From: an uncultured Acidimicrobiia bacterium
Lineage (GTDB): Bacteria; Acidobacteriota; Terriglobia; Versatilivoradales; Versatilivoraceae
DNA length: 64,000 nucleotides
NCBI GenBank assembly: GCA_963786955.1
Contig: CAWBAT010000003.1
Location: forward strand, 256,001 to 320,000
Direction: 5' to 3'
Part shown: positions 21,173-31,708 of the stretch, in pieces
How the letters are laid out: each line of letters opens with the position of its first letter
How positions within the stretch are numbered: position 1 is the first letter of the stretch
Translations under genes and position numbers: made by a program
Notes under the pieces: generated by a model
What the model saw: the letters and a program-made list of their open reading frames with translations, nothing else
The model's database searches: none
Told to the model about the DNA's origin: nothing

Positions 21173-23683
21173 TTGTTGGAAAATCCCTTTAAAATCATAA
21201 AGATAAGTATGAGCATGTCTTCCAATTATCAATCGTCTATGATGAGAAGCTTACGACTGATAAAAATTTCTTCGCTCTTCACAATCCCCATTTTTCTTTT
21301 GGGGTCGCTTTTGGATTTGTCATCCGTATGTTTGGCGCAAAACATCATCGATGTTTTGTCTAAGAACTGCTTTGTTTGTCATGGTCCGAAAGTGAAGCCT
21401 CCAATGAGTGGCTTGACCATGGCCAATTCAGAGACTCTCAAGGCCGGGGGGAAGCGTGGGCCCGCGATTGTAGCGCGGAAGGCTGAAGAGAGCCTGTTGT
21501 ATCAGGCTGTCAGGCGCACGGGTGAGCTCAAGATGCCCCCCAGCGGTCCCTTGCAGGAAAAAGAGATTGAAATTATCAGGGAGTGGATCGATGCCGGCGC
21601 AATTTGGCCCGTTCGAAAAGAAACCGATCATTGGGCATACCGTCCGGTCGTCAAACCGACGGTCCCCACCGTCAAGCATCCAGAACTCGTTTACAATCCT
21701 GTTGATGCCTTCATTGTTTCTGAATATGAAAAGAAGGGATTATTCCCTCAGGATGCGGCCGACAAGCCAACACTCTTGCGACGGGTAGCTTATGATTTGG
21801 TTGGACTGCCTCCCACGTCCCAGGATCTGGATTATTTTCTCTCCGATAATTCGCCGAAAGCTTATGAAAATCTGGTCGACCGCCTTTTGGAAAACGAGCA
21901 GCACGGGGTGAACTATGCGAGTCACTGGCTCGACGTACTTCGTTATGCAGACGTTGACGAACACATGCCGGCTCAATCCGGCATCTATCGGTGGCGAGAG
22001 TGGGTGATTCATTCTCTGAATCGGGATCTTCCGTACGATCAGTTTGTCAAAGCTCAGTTGATGGGTGACTTGATGAACGATTCTACAGCGGTTTTTGGGA
22101 CAGGGTTCTTAGCACGTGGCACTGAAGTCGAAAAGGACGAGAAGAAGAGTCTGGCATTCGCAGTTGTTGAAACAGCCGGTCCTGCCTTTTTAGGAGCCAC
22201 CGTGGGATGTGCCAAATGCCACGATCACATGTTTGATCCCATCCGCCAAGCCGACTATTATGGATTGAAAGCCATTTTTGATCCGCTGGTGATTGAAAAG
22301 CAAGTCCTGGCAGGCCCGCAGGAGCAGGCTCTATACAAGCTGGCGCTTGACCATTATGAAGAGAGGCAGAAGGAATTACAAAAGTCGCTGGATAAATTTC
22401 TGGTTCCCTTCAAGGAAAAATTGCAAGGGGATCGCATCAGCCAACTTCCTGCCGATGCCCAAGAGGCAATCAAAACTCCAGAGGAGAGACGTACCCCGGC
22501 TCAAAAAAAGATCGCTGAAGACTATGCTCCTATCATTCGCATTGACCCTCCCAAGTACCGGGAGATCATGACACCCGAGCAGATTAAGATCTACGAAGGG
22601 TTACGTACCCCACTCCTGGCCCTAGCCAAACCCGCTGACCTGGAGACTTTCTGGACTGTCAGAGAAGACGAAAGTCTCGCCAAAGAGAAAAGTCATATTC
22701 TCGACACAGGAGACCCGGATAAACCTAAGGGCGAAGTCGGGCCCATGTTTCACATCGCAAATGTCGGATTCGAAGCACCGAGGATAGTTTGCGAAGAGAA
22801 ACCTTATACAACGGGTTCAAGGCAGAAATTTGTCGAGTGGGTATTGGATCGCAAGAACCCTCTCTTTGCCCGAGTTGCGGTCAACCGGCTCTGGCAATGG
22901 CATTTCGGAGTCGGGTTGGTTAAGACGCCCAGTGATTTCGGTAGCCTCAGTGAACCACCGACTCATCCGGAATTGCTTGACTGGCTCGCGGTGCAGTTTG
23001 TCGAAAGCGGCTACAGCATGAAGACGATGCACCGCTTGATCGTCACTTCCCGCACTTATCAGTTGTCTTCCAAGACTCTTTCTGCCGACGCTTCAGTCGA
23101 TCCAGACAATCTCTGCCTCTGGCGATTTCCCATCCGCCGCATGACGGCTGAAGAATTGCGCGACTCCATCCTGTTGCTCTCAGGAAAGCTCGACCTCAAA
23201 ATTGGTGGAAAGTCTTTTACCGACCTTCCTGACTATTACTATCCAGGTTCTCGCACGGTCATTGGGAATCTAAATCGGGAGACCAACCGCCGCGGCATTT
23301 ACATGGTCCGGGGGTACGATTCAACCGCGGAGATGATGCCGAATTATCTGCATATTTTTGACGTCGATAACGGCAAGCTTCCCACTCCTGTGCGCACGCG
23401 AAGCATTACGGCGTTGCAGGCTCTGACCCTGATGAATAGCCCTCTGGTCGAACAAGCCAGTCTCGAGTTTGGAAGACGTTTGATTAAGGAAACGAAAGAA
23501 GATTTGGACAAAGCAATTGAGCTTGGATTTATCATGGCACTCTCCAGACCTCCCTCGGAAAAGGAAAAGAAGACCATTTCGAGCCTCGTGAAAGAATGCA
23601 AGGATTGTGAATCCAGTTCTCACGGGATGGAGAAGCTGGGCTGGGTTCTGGTGAATCTGGATGAATTCATTTTCATCCGTTAG
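21173..23683 (+). CDS. Planctomycete cytochrome c + DUF1549/DUF1553 (PSD1) domain protein
   Basis: CFVCH and CAKCH heme motifs, [35 protein letters not shown]. The true start is probably ~21209-21242. Confidence 0.92.
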   Translation: MLENPFKIIKISMSMSSNYQSSMMRSLRLIKISSLFTIPIFLLGSLLDLSSVCLAQNIIDVLSKNCFVCHGPKVKPPMSGLTMANSETLKAGGKRGPAIVARKAEESLLYQAVRRTGELKMPPSGPLQEKEIEIIREWIDAGAIWPVRKETDHWAYRPVVKPTVPTVKHPELVYNPVDAFIVSEYEKKGLFPQDAADKPTLLRRVAYDLVGLPPTSQDLDYFLSDNSPKAYENLVDRLLENEQHGVNYASHWLDVLRYADVDEHMPAQSGIYRWREWVIHSLNRDLPYDQFVKAQLMGDLMNDSTAVFGTGFLARGTEVEKDEKKSLAFAVVETAGPAFLGATVGCAKCHDHMFDPIRQADYYGLKAIFDPLVIEKQVLAGPQEQALYKLALDHYEERQKELQKSLDKFLVPFKEKLQGDRISQLPADAQEAIKTPEERRTPAQKKIAEDYAPIIRIDPPKYREIMTPEQIKIYEGLRTPLLALAKPADLETFWTVREDESLAKEKSHILDTGDPDKPKGEVGPMFHIANVGFEAPRIVCEEKPYTTGSRQKFVEWVLDRKNPLFARVAVNRLWQWHFGVGLVKTPSDFGSLSEPPTHPELLDWLAVQFVESGYSMKTMHRLIVTSRTYQLSSKTLSADASVDPDNLCLWRFPIRRMTAEELRDSILLLSGKLDLKIGGKSFTDLPDYYYPGSRTVIGNLNRETNRRGIYMVRGYDSTAEMMPNYLHIFDVDNGKLPTPVRTRSITALQALTLMNSPLVEQASLEFGRRLIKETKEDLDKAIELGFIMALSRPPSEKEKKTISSLVKECKDCESSSHGMEKLGWVLVNLDEFIFIR

Positions 23684-23728
23684 GAAACGCTTACGGGTTG
23701 TTCCCGTTGAAGCGGAGGGCGAGGCAAA

Positions 23729-25162
23729 ATGCAGGATTTGTTTGAGAAGAAGAATTTTCCATTCAGGCCGCTGACGAGACGACATTTTTTTGAATCCTCA
23801 GGAGGGTTTCTGGGAGCTGCAATAGGCTATCTCTGGGCCAGTGAAGGGCTGATTGCCGCCCGTTTGCCGGATGCTAAGAACAACCCCGAATTGGAGCGGA
23901 TTGCTCCCCGCTTGCCCGTGCGGATTAATTCAGTCATTTTTTTATTTATGTGTGGCGGCGTCAGCCACATCGATACGTTTGATCCCAAGGACAATAAGTT
24001 CGCGGGGAAGATGGTCGAAGCGGTCGGATTTGGGGACAACCAGGCCAAAATGCAGCGCCCCGTCATCCCTATTTTGCGAAATTATACGCGGTATGGCCAA
24101 TCGGGGATTGCCGTCTCAGACTGGTTTCCGAACGTCGGAAGTTGTGTGGACGATATTGCTTTGATTCGTTCCATGTATACCCAAGAAGTGAATCATTTCC
24201 CGGCGGTCATTGAGATGGTGACTGGACATCGTGGCCGGCAATTCAATCACCCGAGTATCGGCTCCTGGATCTACTATGCCTTAGGAACGGCTAATAAGAA
24301 CTTGCCGGTATTTATCAATATGGGCCGGCCTTCCTCGCCTGTCCAACTGACAGGGGGATATTTGGGAACGGTCTATGCGGCGACTCCGTTCGGGACAGGA
24401 GAGGTCCCGGTTGAAAATTTGAAATCTCCCGCAAGTGTTTCCGCATCCCAGCGCGAGAAGGACTTGTCGGTGCTTTCCATGATGAACGAAGAATTTCGCG
24501 AGCAGTACGCGACAGATATGGAAATTGCAGCCCGTCTGAAAAGTTATGAGCTGGCGGCCCGCATGCAGTTGTCTGTGCCCGAATTGACAGAGTTCGAGAG
24601 GGAACCGGATCAGGTGAAGGCTCTGTATGGGATCGGGGAGAAAGAAACGGATTCTTTCGGACGCCAATTACTGCTCGCTCGAAGGTTGTCGGAAAAGGGG
24701 GTTCGCTTCATTCAGATCTGCCATGGCGGAGGAGGAAATGGAGCCTGGGACTCCCACGGGGATATGAAATCCCATGGGCCGCTTTGCCGCGAGACCGACA
24801 AACCCATCGCCGGGCTGATTAAAGACTTAAAGCAAAGAGGAATGCTCAACAATACACTGGTGGTCTGGGCAACGGAATTTGGACGAACGCCCTGGTCGCA
24901 AAATACAACAGGAAGGGACCATAATCCTCGAGGATTTACCTGCTGGATGGCTGGAGGTGGCGTGAAGGGTGGGACAGTCGTCGGCAGTACCGATGAGGTA
25001 GGCTTTAATGCCGTGGAGGATCGCGTTTATGTCAGCGATCTAAATGCGACCATTCTTTATTTAATGGGCCTCAATCACGAAGACTTGAACACGGTCGTCA
25101 ATAATCGTCCAGTGCGGCTGGTCGAGCCGGGCTTCGGACCTGTCAAAAAAATTCTCTCCTGA
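23729..25162 (+). CDS. DUF1501 domain protein (Tat signal)
   Basis: TRRHFF, IFLFMCGGVSHIDTFDPK, WDSH, EFGRTP, GRDHNP. Confidence 0.93.
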   Translation: MQDLFEKKNFPFRPLTRRHFFESSGGFLGAAIGYLWASEGLIAARLPDAKNNPELERIAPRLPVRINSVIFLFMCGGVSHIDTFDPKDNKFAGKMVEAVGFGDNQAKMQRPVIPILRNYTRYGQSGIAVSDWFPNVGSCVDDIALIRSMYTQEVNHFPAVIEMVTGHRGRQFNHPSIGSWIYYALGTANKNLPVFINMGRPSSPVQLTGGYLGTVYAATPFGTGEVPVENLKSPASVSASQREKDLSVLSMMNEEFREQYATDMEIAARLKSYELAARMQLSVPELTEFEREPDQVKALYGIGEKETDSFGRQLLLARRLSEKGVRFIQICHGGGGNGAWDSHGDMKSHGPLCRETDKPIAGLIKDLKQRGMLNNTLVVWATEFGRTPWSQNTTGRDHNPRGFTCWMAGGGVKGGTVVGSTDEVGFNAVEDRVYVSDLNATILYLMGLNHEDLNTVVNNRPVRLVEPGFGPVKKILS

Positions 25163-25168
25163 TGGTTG

Positions 25169-25382
25169 GGCCGCTCCTAACGGAGCTTATTGCATTTAGA
25201 TAAAGATTTTCTATAAACCGATCGCTCCTGACGGAGCTCAAAACATTTTTCATCTGATCGATTTCCGATGCATCTAGAATTTACCCTTTGGCTCTGGCGA
25301 TTCGAAATGGCTCCGGAGGAGCGATCTGTCTATAGAACTCCATCCTAAATAATAATATCAAGCTCCGTTAGGAGCGGCCTGT
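25169..25382. repeat. REP array left of the RAYT gene (2 forward + 2 reverse units)
   Basis: GCTCC(N3-4)GGAGC hairpins at 25173, 25224, 25310 and 25362, with a CTATA(A/G)AC leader where present. Confidence 0.9.
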
Positions 25383-25852
25383 GTCGTCACGCTCTTCCGG
25401 TGATCGGATGACGTATCGGTCATCATATTCGATATGAAATTTCCTTAGCAGCTGCAAATATTCATCGCGGAAATTCATTTTCGCGTGGTGTGTTTCTTGG
25501 TTTTGTATGTATCGAACGACCCGACCCACATGAGAATGTGAATAAGAAAAAGCCGCAAAGCCTTCCTGCCAATTAAATCTTCCACGAAACCATTTCTTTT
25601 CGTTGATGAATTTTGCCGAAATCGCCTTGATATCACGCACAAGATCAGAAAGGGCCACATCTGGGTTCAATCCGACTAGTAGATGGATATGATCCGGCAT
25701 ACTATTAATGGCAATTAATTTTTGACCGCGCTGATGAATGATGCCGGTGATATATTTGTGAACATTTTCCTTGAAGTGTTTCTTCAAAAGGCATTCTCTG
25801 GCTTGAACGGCAAAAATGACGTGCACGTAGATTTGGCTGTAGGTATTGCCAT
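25368..25852 (-). mobile_element. tnpA: REP-associated tyrosine (Y1 HUH) transposase, IS200/RAYT type
   Basis: HUH motif PDHIHLL, WQEGF and catalytic YIQNQ. Restoring one missing base near 25847 gives the typical start MANTYSQIYVHVIFAV at ATG 25852. No tnpB is present. Confidence 0.9.
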
Positions 25853-25864
25853 ATTTACCTCTAC

Positions 25865-26262
25865 GGGTCGCTCCTAACGGAGATTGGTATCGTCTCGGAT
25901 GCCAAGTTCTAAAAACCGGCCGCCCCTAGCGGGGCTTCACCTCCTACTTTGATACCAGGCTACAAAGAGGTCGCTCCTAGCGGAGCTTATAGTGTTCGGC
26001 AAGAAGTTTTTCTATAAACCGATCGCTCCTGACGGAGCTCTGTTTTCCAACAGACATCAGGTTCTATAAACAGGTCGCCGCTCTGCGGCTTTTTCGTTCG
26101 TATTATATCAACCAGCTTCATTCTTTCAATAGGCCATTGGCTCCGTCAGGAGCCTCCGGCTTATAGCAAACAGCGCCATCAGTACCGAAAGCTCCGGAGG
26201 AGCGATCTGTCTATAGAAATCACCACGCCAATTTGCACCAAGCTCCACTAGGAGCGGCCGGT
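25865..26262. repeat. REP array right of the RAYT gene (5 forward + 3 reverse units)
   Basis: Hairpins start at 25870, 25922, 25973, 26025, 26077 (forward) and 26140, 26191, 26242 (reverse). Confidence 0.9.
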
Positions 26263-26277
26263 AGTTTAAAGACCGCA

Positions 26278-27392
26278 TCAATATCCTCTCGTTTTGTCCA
26301 CGACATTCAAGAGTGGCAAGCCATTGGAATAACGGCGCACATTTTCGGCGAGCAGGGCCACGAGTCGTACTTGACGGATCGGAGCGGCTCCTGAATTGTG
26401 CGGCGTGATCACGAGGTTGGGGCAATCCCACAAGGGATGATCAGAGGGGAGTGGTTCTGGTGTTGTTACATCCAGCCCGGCGCCTGCAATGCGATGAGAT
26501 TTCAAAGCGTCTACCAACGCATCCTGATCGACAAGTCCGCCTCGAGAGACGTTGATGAAATAGGCGGTAGGTTTCATCTTGTTAAACACAGCCGCATTAA
26601 ACATCTTGGCGGTTTCTGGGTCATCGGAGCGCAGCTGACCAACACATCGACCTGCGGTACCATCTCCATCAACCAGCCAGGCTCCCGTAGCTCCTCAACA
26701 AATGCCGGCTTGGGTAGCGGCTTCGGATCGACTGCCAGAATCTTCATTTCGAATCCATAGTGGGCGCGCCTGGCGGTCTCTGTTCCAATCCCGCCTAATC
26801 CTACAATTCCCATAGTTTTCTGGTAGAGATCAACCAAAGGCACATTGCGACTGGATGCCCAACGGTGGGCCTTAAAGTTAGGGATGCTGTCTTGAGCCAG
26901 CCCTCGAGTCAAACTCAGGGTTAAACCTAGAGCAGTCTCCGCAATCACAGGAGCATAGACGCGTTGCATATTGGTCAGAATCGACGAATGGTCCATCACC
27001 TGCTGGGGCAGTTCATCGACGCCAGCAGCCGTAAACTGAACCCATTTCAGGTTCCGGGCGGCCGCAACGGCTTCAGCCTCAAGGCGGCCAAGCACCGCAT
27101 CAGCATCGACAATCTGCTCGATTATCGATGCCTGATCCCGGGCAAAGACCAGGTCAACATTCTTCCCGGAGGAGCGCAACTTCTCTTCATCGGAATGGGA
27201 GAGAGTGGGATGTGTGCACAAAATTTTGATTCGGCCCGCTGGAGGCTTGGGCACGACCAATGGATAGTTGGAAACCACGACGGGATCGATCGAAGCCATA
27301 GCGGTTCCTGAACCAGCCAGCACTGCTGCAGTTCCCCCACTGGCGGCTAAACCTGTTAAGAAACTTCTTCTGGAGAAAGTTGAATGGGTCAT
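26278..27392 (-). CDS. D-2-hydroxyacid dehydrogenase with a Tat-like leader (frameshift ~26600)
   Basis: SRRSFL, GIVGLGGIG, INVSRG, GAGLDV..PEPL, ITPH. Confidence 0.9.
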
Positions 27393-27460
27393 GGTTCATA
27401 CTCCTTTTATCGAATTCTCCCTCTCCCTTGGGGATAGGGTGTCGCGAAGCGACAGGGAAG

Positions 27461-27788
27461 TTGTAGCGCAGACTCGAATCGTGAGTCTGCGGCTTCTATG
27501 GGTTTGGAAAAAATGCGTAGCGCCGAGTCGTTTTCAGACTCTGCGACCTTTAGCCCGAATTCCGAAGGTCCGTGAGCGGCGCCAAAATCCGCAAACTATC
27601 GGTATATTTTTCTCCCTTATCCGTGTCTGGCAAGCCACAGGTAAAACAGCACGTTGATATAGATCGTGCCCGCCCAACTTCGGAATTCGGGTTTAGAATT
27701 GCCGCAGACTCTAACAGCAAGTCTGCACCTTCTATGGATTTGAAAAAGCAGAAAAGCCGCAGACCTGAACTTCAGGTCTGCGCTACCT
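27461..27788. repeat. REPIN-like cluster of the GTAGCGCAGAC...GTCTGCGGC family
   Basis: tgtagcgcagactc..gagtctgcggctt at 27462 is inverted relative to aagccgcagacc..ggtctgcgctac at 27754, with two degenerate inner copies. A relative lies at 45074-45107. Confidence 0.75.
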
Positions 27789-27803
27789 CTATGAAAGATC
27801 AAT

Positions 27804-29147
27804 TCAGTTCCGGGGTTTCATGCTAAGCAGAGTTTGTGGACTCTCGTAAAGGATGGCCCGGGCAATGTTCAAAGCGTCTTCCCGAGAGTATTGTCTCTGT
27901 TCGACTCGGCGTGCCAGCACTTGGGCCATGATTCTGCGGACCATAACAACCTTGGCGTAAGTCCACTCCACAGCATAAGCGTCAGAGAAGAACCCGACTT
28001 GTTTATTCAGGGGGAGCATGTCTAACCGTTCTGACATGACGTGTCGAATCGCGTCCGGAAAGAAGTTGTGCCACCAATAGCCGGCTAAACTGAAGTTGGG
28101 TAATTCCCGGGCCAGCGTGCACATGGACTGATTTGCGGCCACATTGGCGAGAAAACATTGAAAACGAAGTTTCGGATGTCGGCCGATGATGGTGGCGATT
28201 TGGGCAATGGATTCCTGCGACACCCGGCTGGCCGTCTCAAAGGGGAGCGGTTCAGCGGCGAAACTGAATTGGAGAACGATCTCGTGGCCATGCTTCTCCA
28301 GTTCGGTTAAAAAGGCGTGATTCACGTACGAAGCGTAAATGTCACGCTGGACGGGTCCCGCTTCGCGACGACGAGATAGTGCGTTGGCAAACTCACTATC
28401 GCTCACTTCTTGAAAGCGGATGTCCGTCGAGATATGGGTTGCCGTCGCGACCACTTTCTCATAAGGGATGCTGCTCACATAGTAATGGACGGCTTCGCGC
28501 AAATCATCCACGGTGTGAATCGTATGTTTCGTCGGAGCTCGGCCGCCGGCTCCAATGGGAGAAGGCGAGCTCAGAGGAGAATTTCCCCAGCACGACTCGA
28601 GTTCATAGAGTGCCGTATCAAATTCTTTCCACTGGCAGCGAGTGAAAAAGCCCCACTCTAAGGCATATTGGAAGCGTTCATCGTCTTCGCCGTTTCCGCG
28701 GCGGGCAATTTCCGTCCCGGTGCGCTTGATGTTGAGCCGATCCAGGATGGAATGGTGCCAGCTCCGGTCGTCTGCCCGCTCTCGAATCTTGGCATCCAGC
28801 CGCCGCCAATTGTCCTCGGTAATGGGCTCTGTCCAGTTGTAGAGATCTTTCAGAAGGATCCGAATCCCCCAGGAAGTGCTGGTATTCTGGACTTTGGCAA
28901 GATAGGGGAGGGCTTCTTGGATCCGAGCGTGGGCTTCCTCATCAGACGGAAACTTGGGATATTCAGTCAATCGTTTGCCGGTCGGGCATCCCGCTCCATA
29001 AAGGTCTGAAACCGCCATATGATAGAGCAGCACATCATGAAGTCCGCGGGCTCCCAGCTTGCCGCCGATCAAATGAGTATGGATGTCAAGGATGGGAACT
29101 TCCGCCAGGGCTTGCTCTAACTCTAAAGTCAGATCACTGAGATTCAT
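27804..29147 (-). CDS. Uronate-isomerase (UxaC)-like amidohydrolase-superfamily protein
   Basis: DIHTH metal motif, GYWWHNF, FFSDAY. Confidence 0.75.
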   Translation of the reverse strand: MNLSDLTLELEQALAEVPILDIHTHLIGGKLGARGLHDVLLYHMAVSDLYGAGCPTGKRLTEYPKFPSDEEAHARIQEALPYLAKVQNTSTSWGIRILLKDLYNWTEPITEDNWRRLDAKIRERADDRSWHHSILDRLNIKRTGTEIARRGNGEDDERFQYALEWGFFTRCQWKEFDTALYELESCWGNSPLSSPSPIGAGGRAPTKHTIHTVDDLREAVHYYVSSIPYEKVVATATHISTDIRFQEVSDSEFANALSRRREAGPVQRDIYASYVNHAFLTELEKHGHEIVLQFSFAAEPLPFETASRVSQESIAQIATIIGRHPKLRFQCFLANVAANQSMCTLARELPNFSLAGYWWHNFFPDAIRHVMSERLDMLPLNKQVGFFSDAYAVEWTYAKVVMVRRIMAQVLARRVEQRQYSREDALNIARAILYESPQTLLSMKPRN

Positions 29148-30078
29148 GAGAACATTCTCCTTTTAAGAAGGCTTGTACGGTAGCTAAATTGGGAATCCCT
29201 TCCTGTCCGCCAGCTCGAACCGCCTTCAGGGCGGCGGCCGCTGAAGCCGCTCTCACTCTCTCGGACAGGCTCATGCCAAGCACCAGACCCGCGGCATAGG
29301 CCCCATGAAAGACATCGCCGCAGCCGGTGGTATCCACAACCTTCACCGGAAAGGCAGGATGATGAATTGGGGATTCGGGCCGGCTATCGCTGACATACCA
29401 GCAGCCGTCGGCTCCACAGGTCGTCACGACAACCTTTCGTTTAGGGGTCCAGAGCCTCAGAGCGGCCTCCGCAGGGTCTTTCTTACCTGTAAAAGCTGTT
29501 GCAAAGCCGCGCGAGACAATCAAATGATCCACCTGGCCGAGGAGTTCCTCAAAATAAGGGGAGTCACTGCCTTCAAAGTCCGCGACGATAGGGATCCCGG
29601 CTTCCCGGGCGATTCGCGCCGCTCGCAACATGCCCTTCGGGCTCAGATAATCTACGAAAAGCGCTCGAGCACTGCGGATCACATCAGCCTCGGGCAATAC
29701 ATCATCGGCGCCGACATAACCGTGCAGGTCGAAAAAAATATTTCTGGTTTTCTCCCCCTCATCGACAATGATCGTGGCAGAGATGGGGCGCGCTTCGTCG
29801 CGGCGAACGAGATGAGAAAAGTTGATTCCTTCCTGACTCAGGCGTTCGATGGCAAACTTTGAGAGTTCGTCGCTTCCTAAGACGCCGGCATAGGAGCAAT
29901 GGCATCCCAGCCGAGCGGCCGCCACCAGTGCTGTTGCCGTAAGCCCTCCACAATGGCGTTCCCGCCGGGAAACCGGTATTTTGGCATCAGCGGGTGGATA
30001 AGCTGGAACAAAGATGAGGTCATCGACGGCGACGACACCCAGGCCCAATAGGTCGATTTTTGGGGTTTCCGCTGTCAT
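29134..30078 (-). CDS. PfkB-family carbohydrate kinase
   Basis: GVLGSD and VVDTTGCGDVFHGA. Its start overlaps the upstream stop (ATGA). Confidence 0.92.
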   Translation of the reverse strand: MTAETPKIDLLGLGVVAVDDLIFVPAYPPADAKIPVSRRERHCGGLTATALVAAARLGCHCSYAGVLGSDELSKFAIERLSQEGINFSHLVRRDEARPISATIIVDEGEKTRNIFFDLHGYVGADDVLPEADVIRSARALFVDYLSPKGMLRAARIAREAGIPIVADFEGSDSPYFEELLGQVDHLIVSRGFATAFTGKKDPAEAALRLWTPKRKVVVTTCGADGCWYVSDSRPESPIHHPAFPVKVVDTTGCGDVFHGAYAAGLVLGMSLSERVRAASAAAALKAVRAGGQEGIPNLATVQAFLKGECSHESQ

Positions 30079-30716
30079 AACGAAGCCAGCCACCGCCGCA
30101 TGCTCTTGGGATCTTCTCCAAACATGAGTGAGCCGGGGACGATGAAATCCGAACCGGCGGCATGGAGAAGTGGGACAGTATGCCGGCGAATCCCGCCGTC
30201 GGTCTCGATTTCTGTACGGAGTTTTCGCTCCTGGATAAGCCGTCGTGCCTGGCGAATTTTTTCTGGAACCCCAGGGTCCATCGAGGCTCCTTTGATTCCC
30301 ATGGCTGTGCCGACAATCGTCACAATGTCCAGTAGGTTCCAATAGGGTTCGAGGACTTCGATGGGCTCTTGGATCAGCAAGGAGACGCCGGCATATTTCC
30401 CGGCAGATTTAATGGCTTGGAGCACGGCCCGTGGATCCTTGGCTGCATCAAAACAGAAAATGATGCCGTCGGCCCCCGCTTCAACAAAAGGTTCGATCCA
30501 TGCCATCGGGTCGGTGACCATCAGATGGACCTCAAATGGCAACCGGGTGTGTTTTCGCAGAGTCTTGACTAAGTCCGGGAAGAACAACAGATTCTTGACG
30601 TAATGGCCGTCTGCGACATCCAGGTGAAACCTTTCTGAGTAAGGTTCTACCCGCTTCATTTCAGATTCAAGATTAGCCAAATCGGCTGACCAGAGAGAAG
30701 TACTGCATTTCAGCAT
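30075..30716 (-). CDS. rpe: Ribulose-phosphate 3-epimerase family protein
   Basis: HLDVADGHYV.NL, VHLMV, ETDGGI, VPGS. Confidence 0.88.
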   Translation of the reverse strand: MLKCSTSLWSADLANLESEMKRVEPYSERFHLDVADGHYVKNLLFFPDLVKTLRKHTRLPFEVHLMVTDPMAWIEPFVEAGADGIIFCFDAAKDPRAVLQAIKSAGKYAGVSLLIQEPIEVLEPYWNLLDIVTIVGTAMGIKGASMDPGVPEKIRQARRLIQERKLRTEIETDGGIRRHTVPLLHAAGSDFIVPGSLMFGEDPKSMRRWLASL

Positions 30717-31546
30717 GATGGGTTCCTTGGAGATGAGTTCTTTGAAAAATGTTTAAGCAAAAATTCTTCGAGGAATCGCTGGACATCTTCCCCGTGACGA
30801 TCTAAATCAACAGACTTTGGTGTCAGCTCCCGAAATTCGGCACCCGGGATGATCTGAGCCAGGACTTCTCCATATTCATAAGGATGAATCGGGTCTTGAC
30901 GGTTTGCCAATACTAGAGTCGGCACCTGAATGGATCTCCATTCCTCCCGATTGAAATTGGGGGCATCGACGGGTATCTGCTCGAGTTTGCCCACGGTTTC
31001 CAAGGCTCGCGGGTGAGTGAAGTGACGTTCCAACGCATTGGCCGAATCGGTGGATTGCCGCTTCATTTCAAGATAGTCTTTCGACTTTTCAAAAATCTCG
31101 AATCCCCTTTCGGGCCCTTCTTTTCGGATCAAGCGTGCAATCTCCCCGAAGACTCTGGCATTCTGCTCCATGGGACCGTCGAGCCACGCCGCGCGCGATT
31201 GAACTAGACCCAAGGCTCGTTCCGGATATCGGAGCGTGAAGTTCAAAGTAATGGCTGCTCCCATTGATATCCCACCCACCACGGCTTGCTTTAATTTCAG
31301 CTGATCCATGAAGGTGCCCAGGTCGTCAGCAAACGAAGAGATTCGAATCTTTGCCGGGTCTCCGAGCGGGTGGGTCTGCCCATGGCCACGACAGTCAAAT
31401 GCAAGCAGGCGAAAATCTGGCGGTGGGGAAAAAAGGCCGAAAGGCTGGGAAACATCACCTCCTAGACCGTGCTGAAAGATAAATGGAGTCCCCTCTCCTT
31501 TATCTTGATAATGAAACTCTAATCCGTCATGTTTGAAGTAGGGCAT
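30710..31546 (-). CDS. Alpha/beta hydrolase
   Basis: HGLGG, DCRGHG, and the GISMG nucleophile elbow. Confidence 0.9.
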   Translation of the reverse strand: MPYFKHDGLEFHYQDKGEGTPFIFQHGLGGDVSQPFGLFSPPPDFRLLAFDCRGHGQTHPLGDPAKIRISSFADDLGTFMDQLKLKQAVVGGISMGAAITLNFTLRYPERALGLVQSRAAWLDGPMEQNARVFGEIARLIRKEGPERGFEIFEKSKDYLEMKRQSTDSANALERHFTHPRALETVGKLEQIPVDAPNFNREEWRSIQVPTLVLANRQDPIHPYEYGEVLAQIIPGAEFRELTPKSVDLDRHGEDVQRFLEEFLLKHFSKNSSPRNPSC

Positions 31547-31708
31547 GGTTCTCTTTATCTGGGAGCCCGGGCAGCCTGCCCGCTTCTTGTCATCCACAAC
31601 CCCATCCCTGAAGTTGTGAAAGAGCTGTAGCGGCGCTCTATGAGCGCCGGTCAAACAGGACGGTCACAGACTGCCGCTACAAGCGATTTTCTGACCCCTG
31701 CGGCGTTA

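Noticed and set aside
25865-26262. Canonical CRISPR array
   Set aside because: Repeats are degenerate, occur in opposing orientations, surround a RAYT gene, and no cas genes are present. Reported as a REP array.
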